64,000 nucleotides of DNA from assembly GCF_031769215.1 (NCBI RefSeq), contig NW_026782134.1:124001-188000 (forward strand). Direction: 5' to 3'. Each line of letters starts with the position of its first letter. The first letter of the stretch is position 1. Shown one piece after another: positions 25,801-38,500 of this stretch. The notes under the pieces are model-generated. The model saw only the letters and a list, made by a program, of their open reading frames with translations. It did not search any database and was not told the origin of the DNA. This DNA is from Ylistrum balloti. Taxonomy: Eukaryota. The translations under genes were made by a program, and so were the position numbers.

Positions 25801-28800
25801 AGTGCCTAAGCAACACCTCGATTTTTTTTACACCAGAAACGTTATTCATAGGCTCGTATGAGTATTAAAGGTAAAACGCAAAACCGGCATTACATACTCT
25901 GTTAACATGCTGTTGTCTTTCCTAAGTAATGTGATGATGTTATTAAAATTGATAAGGAACTGCATAGTACTTGTGTTGCGTTTAAATTAGAAGTTGTTGG
26001 ACTTGTTTACATGAGTTCACTACTGGCACCTAGATCTCGAAGTCGTAGCATCGGCTTTCCTTTACATCACTTTAACAAAACATGTTTTGGCTTGATCTCT
26101 TAGCAGAGAACAGGTGGGACTAACAGGAGACAAACTGGTCCGTTACGTGCGTCTTTTCGTGGGTCGAATGAAGTGGAGAGTGTTTTCCTACCAAAGCCGA
26201 TAGATGAAGTCATCGAGGAGGCCGTGTCGAGTTAGTATTTCAGGTTCGGTTTTATTTCTCAAAAGGTACAGTTGTCTTTATAAAGCAGACTATTCATTCG
26301 TCACTTATCAGTTTTTTTTTATAAAAGATACATTTCTAAAGATAAAATAGCTGTAGAAATACATACGTTTATACAATTACATACAGACACACAACAATAT
26401 GTTGTGACTGATAAGGTAGCTTCACTTAATTTCCTATCTTCCTGGATTGAGAAGTGATCTGTTATCCAATAAAATTATTGTTGAGCCAAAACGTTGACAG
26501 ACAACAAATTATCTAAACAGCGTCCTTTCCATACATAGAAAGACGATTTCGACTATTTCGTACTCCTACATGCTGACTCCAGATTCTTCTAACCGCCAGC
26601 GTTTTTTTGTCAAATGCATTATCTATTTTAACCATGTTTTCGTATTGAGGTGGTAGATATATTTGCAGATTTATCAATTTTATTTCCTGCTATTGTAATT
26701 CATTCACATAGCAGACATTCAGGTAAGTTTTAAAGCAATCATGTATCTATATTTATTAAGACAAATCACCAATAGCTAATCACCATACACATAAAACAGT
26801 CTCGGTTCACCACTTGTATACACCAGTTACTCGTATTTAAAATATGAATAAAATTAATTAAAATAAAGAAAAAATATCAAACGGACATCAACATATTATC
26901 AGGTATATTTTTCAACCTTGATGTCACTTAACGTTGGCCATCTATTAACAACAAGGTACCCAAAATGATTGCTCTATTTTTGAGAGGCGAAGTCTTCATA
27001 TAACTTATCTTTTTTAAATCCTTTAATATTTAGATAGATTTATTAACACGGTGAAAAAAGAAATCATTTGGTAGGTTCTCATATGAGAACGTGACAGTTA
27101 ATATTGACTTCAGCTAAGTTTACATGTGATGGAGCAGAAGACGCTTACTTCTCCGGAACACCTAATCTCATTCTCTTTTTACACTTTTTAATATTTGTCT
27201 AATTCATATTTCGCTTTAGTTTTGTTGAATTTGAGTTTGGATTACGAAAACGAAAATAAAAGAAATAAAACAAAATAAAATTAAAAGAACGCTTTATCTA
27301 ATATAGTTTTTGTTGGTTCATTACAGGGTCTGCCGTTGCACGGATTGCTGATCAACGACAATTAAAGAGCCAATCAAGTGTTGTGATTGAAGGGGATATT
27401 CTTCTTGATCAGTCAGAATTGAATGATTTAAACAAACAAATGTAATAACTTGATTAATCAGTTATCCAATTATAACAAATCCGAGTTCGTTATTTAAAAG
27501 GCCAATCTTTTATGGATTATTGGCTCTCTTGAACAAATGAACTTAACTATACGTCCATAGTGTCTCGAAACATAGGAAGAATAGATAGACACTTCCTATA
27601 AAATGTCTACATCTTAGACTGACATGAAGAAGGCACGAATACAAATTGTAAAATGGCATGTCATGTTTAATCCAATTTTTCTTGATTATGTAATTTATTT
27701 TCAGACGTCTTGATCTATTGGAAGAGATAATATTGAAGAAACTCCCTAGAGAACGTGAAAACGACATAGCCTTCCGAGATCTCCTACGTTCAAGGTTAGA
27801 ACGACGGGCATATCCAGTAAGACGGAAGCGAGCTGCAAGGCGAAGCCGGAGAAAACGATGGCCAGACGGTGTAGTTGGAATTCGAATAGCTAGCTCTGGA
27901 TTTAGTAAGTAATTATTTCTATTTCAAAATTTAATTTTGTTAAAAAAGAAATCATTTAAATGAATTAGCCTTTTTTCCAAAGGAGTATTATTTATCAGAC
28001 GAAGATTTAATTGCGGTTTATTGGCATGCTTTTTTTATAAAGCACGATCACAGAAAAATAGAATAGCTGATTCCATGGACGAGATATCGGAGAAAACCTG
28101 CATCTGTTTCAACATCATTAGCAGAACACAGGCACTCGACCGCGTTCCTCATGTACGAATTGTAGATGGCAATGGGTACGTATATAGTATCAGCATTCTT
28201 TTGTACTGTATTGTACATCATACATAAACCGATCAGGAAACAATATGATTTCTACTTCAGATTTTACTAGGAATATAACAATGTGTCCATTTTGATTATC
28301 TTATTATTTAAAGTAATCAGGTCAATGTTGTACTTTCTGTCATATGATATTTTACGAAAGTATGATCAGACAGAGCATAGGATGAACTGTTTTATGTTCA
28401 CATTTAGATAATCTATGATTTCGTTCGTAATGTTATTTCATTTATGAACCATCTAATGCAGATGTCGATCCCGTGTGGGCAGATCTCTACGTAATCAGGG
28501 TGGCACTCGTTCTCAAGATCTGACCTTGGCATCTCGATGTAGAGTTGTGAGTATATAGCAGATATTTCTGTGTGTCTAATTTTGGCTCCCTTTTAATCAA
28601 GAAGTTTACTTTATGTGCATTTCTAGGAAATTAAATGTTCATTTTTTATTGTATTTTTAAGGGGGGGGGGATGTATCTTCCGTCATGATCGAATACTTAA
28701 TTGTTGTTTGTTTTCATGCAAATATGTACCTTCAATTTTTTTTTACATCACAACAAAAACATTTATGATATATGGCGTTTGTAAAATATTTCAAAGCAAC

Positions 28801-30814
28801 CACTAAGTTAACGAACAAATTTTCAGTGATTCCTTAGTCTTATTTGAAAATGTTTTACTATGGTCCAAAGTTGTTGCAATACCACTGGCATTAACACCAT
28901 TAAACAAAATCTTAGGGCTACGTGCTTAATAGTCCACAGTAAATACCGGCCACTTGGAACAAAGGGATTTTAAGACTGATATTCCCAGTTCAACAAAAGT
29001 GTTATTTCTTATTTGTTATTTTTGGTCTGTTAAATATTTCCGGATCAAAAGTATTTGCAAAAATTAAACAAAACTTTCCCATTTTACGGTTAGATATTAC
29101 GTCAGTATCAAAAATATGGAAGAACATATAAAGCGACATCGCGGTAAAACCATTTTTCTTAATCAGTTATATGATATAATAGTTTTTACAAGTACGAAGT
29201 ATATTTAATTTTATCCTGTGTTATACATCAACAAAAAAAATTGAACAACTTATATCATTACATTTTTACTTTTATCATTTAGAATTTTCCTCAGTTATTA
29301 TTATTTTTTTCACAATTATATTACTGAAAGAGATCTCCGTTATATATTCCTATGGTATGGTTAACAATATAGAGATATGGATTTGCATGTACGTCTGAGA
29401 GAAAAATCAGCGATTTTTAATTCCATTAAACGAAAGGTATAGAAATCACACGTACATATGCATGCAAATCTATTGTGTCTGATTTCTCAATTCAGACACG
29501 CGTCGCTACCCACGAGCTTCTCCATGCACTAGGTCTGCATCATGAGCAATCTAGACCAGACAGAAATAAATTTGTAGATGTCATCCGAAGAAATGTGGAG
29601 CGTGGCAAACGTGGGAATTTCAAGCGATACAGCAGAACAATCATCGACTCCAGAAACATTCCATATGACTATTACAGCATCATGCATTACGGCAACAAAG
29701 TAAGAATCCTGGGTATAATCACAGATGAAGTNNNNNNNNNNNNNNNNNNNNNNNNNNNNNNNNNNNNNNNNNNNNNNNNNNNNNNNNNNNNNNNNNNNNN
29801 NNNNNNNNNNNNNNNNNNNNNNNNNNNNNNNNNNNNNNNNNNNNNNNNNNNNNNNNNNNNNNNNAAGTATGATTGACGGTATGGTCCAATATTGGATCCC
29901 AACAAATAAATGAATGCGTATCACTGGAATAGATATATCATCAATGAAGTAATAACGACGCTACGGACAAATGAATTGTCAAATTTTCGAGGTAATCTGC
30001 ATGATATGCAGGTGGTACCCATTGACCACTGCAGGAGTTGGGATGACCAGAAACCTAAGTATCGATCGACACTACGTCAACCAACTCCAAACCTGCTACT
30101 CACGACAGATGATCTTGCTACATCGAACGGGTCATGTCAGTCATACATGGCAGTCGCTACCTCTTACTCCACCTTAAGGTAACTCGTATAGGATTATATA
30201 TTATAAAGGGCTTTCGGCGTCCATCGACCGACGGGATTATCGAGATACATAAATTATAACTTTGTATATGTTTTATGTTCTATGTATGTGGTGTAATTTG
30301 TATAATATCTATGTCTTGAAAAAGGGGCAGATTGCGTCGAAAATTTGACAATTCACTTGTAGTGTCGTTATTACTTCATTGATCATATGATATATATATA
30401 TTAATGTATATTGCATTATTGTAGGGTAGGGGAATATAGTTCATCTCTCTAATGAATAAAGACATATATGGTATTAAGATAATTATGTACATGTGTCAGC
30501 AATATGAAGTGGAACATTATAGATTACGTTCGTGTCTGATAAAAGCACATTACGTACCTCTTATGAAGACGTAAAATTACTATGTTTGGTAGAACCATGG
30601 TTATACACTAGTTTGAAATTTTCAGGCATTTAGCCGGAATGGTGACTTCACCGTAATACCAAGACCAGAAGAAAATAGACGCATTTTCCTTAATAGGATA
30701 GGACGATCCAATAGGATGAGTAGTAGAGATGCACAAGTGATAAACCGGATGTATAATTGCCCAACTGTTGCCAGTCAGCCAACATGTTCAGAATATCCAT
30801 ACAGATTTCCATAA
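22846..30814 (+). CDS. Secreted astacin-family (M12A) zinc metalloprotease, single catalytic domain; 8 coding exons, 399 aa
   Basis: Exons 22846-22992, 26104-26230, 27327-27441, 27705-27904, 28043-28175, 28462-28546, 29496-29699, 30626-30814. GT-AG, phases consistent, 1200 nt. Signal-peptide-like N-terminus MFRQVIDVLLWSFLLIGMVGG, prodomain EGDI motif, furin-type RRKR|AA site, WPDGVV, TCICF, GCRSRVG, zinc motif HELLHALGLHHEQSRPDR, Met-turn SIMHY, and terminal INRMYNC. The first two exons are assigned on phase and peptide plausibility only. Confidence 0.88.
24150..25490 (+). mobile_element. Degraded 5'-truncated LINE (CR1/L2-like RT and C-terminus) in astacin intron 1
   Basis: Peptide YCCFVDLNKAFDNVETINLWYKLSKLGV is a non-LTR RT motif (FVD..KAFD). 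Downstream relics SSHSLAIEA and KPSVFKFIQLL. Many stops and frameshifts; boundaries approximate. Confidence 0.7.
29732..29865. other. Assembly gap (134 N) inside the last astacin intron
   Basis: Run of N in the sequence. The flanking exons join in phase 0, so no coding exon is required in the gap. Confidence 1.
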
Positions 30815-31729
30815 TAGTAGGTCGTGGAGAGATGTGTCCACAATGTGTTTATGCAAAACAAAACATGCATAAAGTTATAACTCACTATTATATAAAAACT
30901 ACAATAATGTCATATTCTGTTCACTTGTTTGTGTTTTGTACTATCCCACAACATTTCATGGAGTTTGAGCGGTTAGCTATTGTTGAAATCGTCTTGTTGC
31001 CCTTATTTCTTTAAAAAAAACAAGATAAAAATATGCATAGAGAGATTATCCCTCTAGATTCTGAAAACATATACACACCTTTAAACGATCAGACATGCTA
31101 CATGTAATATCATAAGCAATTATTTATATCAAATTAAATTAACACCTGCATCCATGTATCTATATTCATTTTTCAAATAGCAATAAAACATAGTGGTTTA
31201 TTTTATGATGGAAAATGTTACTGCAGTAGTTGTTTAAGGCATCAGGCGTGAAAAATGCAGCTCATCGATGCTGCAAAACGTTTTTGTATGGTTAAGGAAT
31301 TTTTTACATCTCTTCTATTTCAAGAAAGTCTCCAAATAAAAAAAATAAAGTAACAGTACGATATTGACTGACCAAATCATATAGCTTTACATCATTCTTG
31401 ATGTATTTGTTAGATTGCTGTACTCAGTCCATGTTTTATAATTCCAGGAAATAGTCTTCGGAACGGGAAGTAGAATATACACATAAAGAGTTAATTAATA
31501 ATTATAAAAAGAAACTAATTATCCGTTGATTAACATTCTGGGTATGTACATTTTTGCGTCATACACGAAAACGCATGCACCGTCGGTCGAGACAATGTTG
31601 GTGATTAATGCCAGTTAGTTAGTAATTCTGAAAGGACTAAGGGTTATCAAAAGATATCAAGAAAATACCAATATGGCATAACAAGTCAAACTCAAATTTC
31701 ATAAAACTAGAGTTGAAAAAGGAAAAATT

Positions 31730-32600
31730 TACACGGAGACTCATGAAAACGTACAAGAAGAATAAAACCAGGTGATCAGGAAGAGTAAACGTCTTCTGCT
31801 TCATTGCCGACTCCTGCCATTTAAACCTTGGTCAATCCAAGTATGTAATATTACGTTCTCAAATGAGAACAAGGTATACAACAACGGAACCAATAGGCAC
31901 TCTAACGAGCATCAAATACGTCCAGCCTAATGTCACACAAAGAAATAGAATATTTCTCTAGGAGATCACTACGGAGACCATATAACTCCCCCATGATTTT
32001 ATCAACCTGTATCTTTTGAACCCTTTTGTTACGAGTCTGTTGACGACTTCTTGAATGAAAATGGAAACAAGCCCTTGAATATCGAATCAATTGTGACAAA
32101 TAAATATCATAGCTTGGAGATGCAGAAATATTGGAAAATTTACAATAGGGAAATTGAAATCATCACGTTTATCATATAGCTTGATGGGAAGCTGTCAGTA
32201 TTAGTTTCGTGGTAGGAAAAGATCGAGATTAGCAGTTTATGTAGCAGAGTCTGTCGAATATTTGATTTCCAGTTCTGGTGAATATATGTGATGGGTGTAC
32301 TCAACAAATTTCTAGTTATTTAAAGACAAGACGTCATTAATATATCTGATGGTGAAGATAAACGACTTTTGAAAGGTTTTTGTGGTCTGTTTTGAAAAGC
32401 TCTTTAATAAATTCAGCTTCGTGTGAAAATAAAAAACAAGTCAGCCAACAGAGGGGAGAAGTTGGTTCCCATAGGTATACCAATAGTATGTTGGAAGATT
32501 TTACCATCAATAATATTTGCCACATCCAAAAAAAGTACGGTACTTAAAAACAGGATTGTGCTTACTGTACCACTATTCCCGCTCTCATATCTGCCCGTCA
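31730..32600 (-). mobile_element. Degenerate Penelope-like retroelement fragment (RT core and thumb)
   Basis: Minus-strand peptides IFQHTIGIPMGTNFSPLLADLF, TIRYINDVLSL (YIDD site mutated to YIND), ELEIKYSTDS and SQLIRYSRAC, in RT order. Frameshifted. Confidence 0.8.
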
Positions 32601-34600
32601 TCATGTGTTCGTGTTTACAAAATGAACTGCCTCGTTTTCAAGACTATAACATAAGGTTATCGGCGGTAAATTTGAGAGGGTTTCCCGAATAAAAGAGACG
32701 GTCAAGCTGTAAATCGACTGTGGATATCCCGGATAACATAGAAATTAAATTTTGTTTGTATAAAACACATACAATTAACAAACTTGATGTTTCTACCTTG
32801 ATGTTCCTTTAATCAAATAGTTTATCATAACCAAATATGATATAAAAAGGGTTCGAACGCTGTATTGTTATCCCATTTTCTTTTAGCTTCAGGATAAAAG
32901 TTACAAAGTGGATGTTATGTTTCAAGATATTCACGAGGTTTACAGGATTAACTGGTAATATCACGATTACTAAATACATAATTGCGATCATACTATATCA
33001 CATATGTTTTAGGATATAAGTGAGACGAGAATGTATCAAAATCGCAAAGTGTACCTTAAACTTATTGAGATCATGCGATGGTTGTTGGTAAGATCTCTTG
33101 GTAAAATCTTTTTTTTTTTAATTTTTTCCTTTTCGGTGGTGGTAACATCACGTTAAGTATTATTAGCTTGCATTGGTAATATACTGCCTATAAAAACAGA
33201 TTGGGATCGAGATAATTGCAAATCAGTTGAGTCGGTTAATACTTATCAGTCAAAGTAAAACCCTGTTACGACCCCCGTCAAATTGACTTTCTTTCTGTGT
33301 TTATTAATAAGTTTTTTTTGTAAAAACAAACAAACAAATAAGAAAACAAACACCATTGACACCTTGAACACGACCCGCATTAATAAAGTGTAGGCGTTGG
33401 ATGAGCCTTTCCGTGATATGATATTCATCAGGTATTTTCAGAGAGCAATGCAAGAAGTGAGACAGATTTTTTAAAAAAATCACCAAAAATGATGTTATTC
33501 GCCGAAGAGAGAGAAAGAGAGAAAGAACAAATTTCTGAGTATGGTCAGTTCCGCATGTACACATTATATCAAGTATTCAAAAACACTTATAGTGAAACCT
33601 TATCTTACAATTGCTCTACACCAAGAAATAACAATAATAAACATGTTTTCCTTTTTTAATTGCAAAATGAAGAGTGCGTAACGAAATTATCGTTCCCTCT
33701 GACAATCCACTTGACATAAAAATAAACTACATCATGCAACCTCTTCTCAATTTTCATGTCATTATTTCACCAAAGATAAAAAAAGTGTGTCCTAACAGAG
33801 GAAAGACAGCCAGCGTCCTAGTCATCATCATCGGTCATAGATGTTTTCTCGTAGTAACGGATACCCAACAATATTCAATACAGAAGCATCACGGATTTAA
33901 GGTAAATACAAAAGATATAGGAGATGGTATATCGAAATCGGGATTCCGAAGTTTTATTACTAATTTACATATTTCGACTTGCTACGCTTGACGTCATCAG
34001 AACAACTGTGTACACATTTGGGGAGCTAAGCGTCACCTGATAATAGCTATACAGTAGAGATGTACATCGCGAAATGATAAAAGTATAGAGCTCTGTTCTG
34101 TATCGTGGGAAATGCATTCGTGCATCTACAAGTATAATGTTATTAAAGTGTTTAAATCATTAACTTTTTCATTACCTTAATATCACATTCATCATGTGTA
34201 CCTTTTCTTCCATTAACGGCAGTATGACTTAAGGCATATTTTGAGATTTTAAAGAGTTGATACATTAATATGATAAAGTTTCATAAGTCTTCAAGGATTG
34301 TGGATAGAGAAATTTCTTATATAATGTGACTTGTGATACAGGGCGGTTCTGATTTCTCCTTTCGTTCTACTACTTACGTTGACCTCTTATATTTGTTACA
34401 AAGACCTTGTGTCGTCTATGAAAAAAACTTAAGGGAGTTTTGCATAACATTCACGTACAAATTTTAATTAGTTTGTGCTTGGTGAAACTGGGTACTTCAC
34501 TACTAGAGACACCAGGTTCTATACAAGCCAAAGAAATAATACTTACTCCAATTCCTCTCAGTCACAAATATGACGGAAGCTTATTATAAAGGGTTCCAAA

Positions 34601-35066
34601 TGTAACCCTTCAGCTCTTTAGTGATGAGACGACTCAAAAGTTTGGTACTTCCATTTAATCAATAATTAAGAAAACCTACAACATAATAAATACGAAACTA
34701 AGGAACTTACTTTTACTTTCGTTGTAGGGACACATGATATACATTTAACTGTCGCGACAATATAAATTGGTTTGGAATATTTGATTATTTCCTAAGACTT
34801 ACCAGAGACCCATGAGGTACGTGGCACAGCTGTCTCTAAGAGTCTTGATCATGATCGTCCAGCAGTCAGATGGAAAGTGACTGGTAGTGGACGTGAACAG
34901 GGCTTTGGTATGTGTGCAGGGTGGCGTGAGTACGTAGTAAATACCCGTGCAACATACACTCTTCATACAAACTTCGTACTAGTTATGACACGAGCACAGG
35001 ACAGATATTATGTACGTAAACATAAATAGCTTAGTGCATTGAGTACATTGAGTAGACCCTGTTACA
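34601..35066 (-). repeat. 3' LTR of the Gypsy element (466 bp, TGTAAC...GTTACA)
   Basis: 6-bp terminal inverted repeat. By eye it differs from 42967-43429 by G/A at 34775 vs 43141, G/A at 34976 vs 43339, one 3-bp indel near 34935, and the terminal 3 nt. Confidence 0.98.
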
Positions 35067-35082
35067 TATTCCCCCACTTTCC
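35067..35082 (-). promoter_or_regulatory. Polypurine tract
   Basis: Minus strand GGAAAGTGGGGGAATA directly abuts the 3' LTR. Confidence 0.9.
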
Positions 35083-35598
35083 TGAATGGCACCCGACATT
35101 CCAATTGGTAAACCCACTATAACTTAGAGGGAATCCATAAATTAAGGAACTTGTACACAATTTTATCACATATAGGATAAATAGTGCATAGCATCATTGC
35201 ACTAGTAACAATGAAGTTCAGGTGAAGTTCAACTCCTGATACCAAATTAAGGCATCCATTATATTCAAAATATAATAACTAGTCTATTTTACAATAGAAA
35301 AGGAGATTTGGGGACAGGAGTGGATATAGCCAAATCGAATTGATCGATTGGACCCACTCCATTTCCTACCGGAAGTCAAACCTAATGATTGTCAAACAAA
35401 GTAAAACAATATACTAATAAAAACAACAAAGAACAGATAACGACATAACTCACTGCTGGAGTGGTTGGGGAACCCCCTACCTACTCGCAGGAGAACATTC
35501 TACATTGTCCCTTGCTATGCAAGCGCAAAAATAAAACAATATTCATTAAAAACTGGATAAACTGGATTTGAAACAGTAAAATCATATCACAGACTAGA

Positions 35599-38500
35599 TC
35601 ACACAAATATTTCATGTTCACCAGATCTCATCAGCTCTGCCTGTTGAGAATAGGCCCACTGACCATACCTATCAGGTGGTTTACGTGTCCTGGTGGACCT
35701 CCGGAATGGTGGGTCAGGTGACTGATCCCTGACGGGGTCTGCAACCTCGGGGTTACCCACATTAGAGGCAGAATGGTCATCGCTATGACCAGTATTTTCA
35801 GTAGCAGACTCTATATCAGAGCCACCGATTATTGTATCAGGTGCTACTGAAGTGGTACCAACACCAGGGGTTGTACTGGCTTCCACAGATAATGGTTCGG
35901 AAGCATCTATGGTCAGGTTACCTTGGGGCTTTCTCAGTGACTTTTTCCTGGAACTCCTGAGCCGTACTACAGGTTCCTCATCAGAATCTGACTCTGAAGA
36001 GTCTACAGATTCAGAGGTTTCGTCATGGTGAGTACGGGAAGGTGGCTTTGTAGACCTTGCCTTGCAGCAAGTCTCCACGATGGGAACATCTACATGTATA
36101 GCATTGAAGTACATCAACATATTCCGGTGTAAGGTACGTTTACGTCCCTTTCCGGTTTCTAACTGTACCTCATATACAGGAATATCACTATTGGGTATAC
36201 GGGTTACCCGATAGGGTTCCTGCTCCCATCTATCAGCCAACTTACTTTTCCCTTTAAGACCGACCTTTCTCACAAGGACACGGTCACCAACTTCAAGTTT
36301 GGTCTCACGGACTGACCTGTCATAACGACTTTTGTTGCGAGCAGATAATTTAGAGGCCTCAGTACTAGCAACCTTATAGGCATGTTTCATCCTATCACGA
36401 AGTTTACTCACGTATGAGGTGTGGTCTGCTGTACCTTGCTCACAGGGATCTGTTCCGAGGAAAGCGTCCACGGACAGGCGGGGATGCCAACCAAACATAA
36501 GAAAGTGAGGCGAGTATCCGGTGGCATCGCTTTTCGAAGCATTGTAGGCTTGGACCAGTGGAGCAACATAGGACTTCCAATCCGTTTTTTTTCTCCTCAA
36601 GGGTTGCGAGCATGCCCAGAAGGGTACGGTTGAAGCGCTCTGCAGCCCCATTTCCCATAGGATGGTAGGGAGTTGTTCTGGTTTTCTGAACTCCAGCGAT
36701 CTTACAGAGTTCACGGATAACTTTACTTTCAAAGTTACGACCCTGATCACTGTGGAGACGTTCAGGAAAACTGTAGAAGGCTATGAAGTTTTCATATAAC
36801 GCCTTTGCAGTTGTATGGGCCGTCTGATTGCGACATGGCACCGCCTGAGCGTACCTAGTAAAATGGTCAGTGATCACCAGAATGTTTTCACAACCACCTT
36901 TTGAGGGCTCCAATGTGAGGAAGTCAATACAGACCAACTTCATTGGCCGTGTGGATTGAATTGGAACCAGTTCAGCCTGAGGCTTCACCGGAGTCTTGCG
37001 TCTTATGCAGCGTCCACAGTTCTCAACTCTCTCGTCTACATCCTTCTCCATACCTGGCCAGTAAAACCTCTGTCTGGCTAACCAAAGGGTTTTCTCCTTC
37101 CCCTGATGACCGACATCATCATGGACTCCCTTAAGAGCCAGGGCATGGTATCGCTTTGGTAGCACCAGCTGTTTCACTGCCTGACCGTCTAGAGAAGCGG
37201 TTCTGTACAATACACCATTATGTAGACAAAATCTTTTCCAAGTCCTCATGAACTTTTGCACATATGGGGATTCCTGCTTGCGGTTTTTCCCCCTGGGATG
37301 AAAACCGGTTCTCTTGAGTTCTATAACCCTGGCAATATCTTCATCCTCTTGTTGTTGCTGCCGCCAATCAATTGAGCTCAGATCATCATCCGGGTTTCCA
37401 CCCTCATTGGCCAGATAAGAAGCTAACCCCACATGGTCTGTTACACTGTCAATCAGAGGTGCATCAACAACTGAGGACTGACATACTGCTTTGACAACGT
37501 CAGAGTTACAGAATGAGATGCGTGAGAGACCGTCTGCATCAGCATTATTCTTCCCAGCTCGGTATGTCAAGGTAAAGTTGTAGTTTGCTAGAGCGGCAAC
37601 CCACCGATGACTGGTGGCATCCAGTTTAGCTTTACTCAGCACATATGTAAGCGGATTATTATCTGTGACAACTTCGAAGGTATTACCATAGAGGTAATCA
37701 TGAAATTTATCAGTGATAGCCCACTTAAGTGCTAAAAACTCAAGCTTATGAGCTGGGTAATTGCGCTCACTTGGTCTAAGCCCTCGACTTGCATATGCAA
37801 TAACTCTCTTCTTACCTTCATGCGTCTGGTAGAGTACTGCTCCTAAACCAGTACTACTAGCATCAGTATGTAGTATAAAAGGTTTCGAGTAATCCGCATA
37901 GGCAAGTACGGGAGGACTAATAAGCTTCTCCTTCACAGAATCAAAGCACTCTGCTGAGCTTCGCCCCAGACCCATTTAGATTTTTGAGTCTGTTTTGACT
38001 TACCTGACTTGATCTTACCAGACTTTGCAGTCTTACTAGACTTAGAAGCCTCTTTAGTTAAGTCATGACCCTGCAGAAGCTTATTCAAGGGTTGTACTAT
38101 CTTAGCATAGTCTTTAACAAACCTTCGATAGTATCCACTAAATCCTAAAAACTGACGCAGCTCCTTTAAATTTGTAGGTGCTGGCCAAGACTTGACCGCA
38201 GATACCTTCTCTGGGTCTGTAGCTATACCTTGATCTGATATGACATGACCGAGATACGTTACTCTTGATTTGAGGAACTCACACTTGGACGGTTTGAGTT
38301 TCAAGCCATGTTGGATGAGTCTGGCGAATACTGATTCTAGTCTATCCAAGTGTTCGTCAAAGGTGCGCGAAAAGATTAGGATGTCATCAAGGAAGATGAG
38401 ACATTCCTTAAGATGCATATCTCCCATGCACTTTTCCATTAAGCGCTGGAAGGTAGCTGGGGCACAAGTAAGACCAAACCCCATTCTATTGGTTTCCCAG

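Noticed and set aside
29475-30182. ORFs spanning or following the N gap
   Set aside because: Only 29496-29699 is a real astacin exon; the remainder is intron read-through across Ns.
33989-33996. Perfect CRE palindrome TGACGTCA about 600 bp left of the Gypsy insertion, a possible displaced promoter of SLC22 paralog 2
   Set aside because: A single 8-mer is expected by chance in 64 kb, and there is no transcript evidence.
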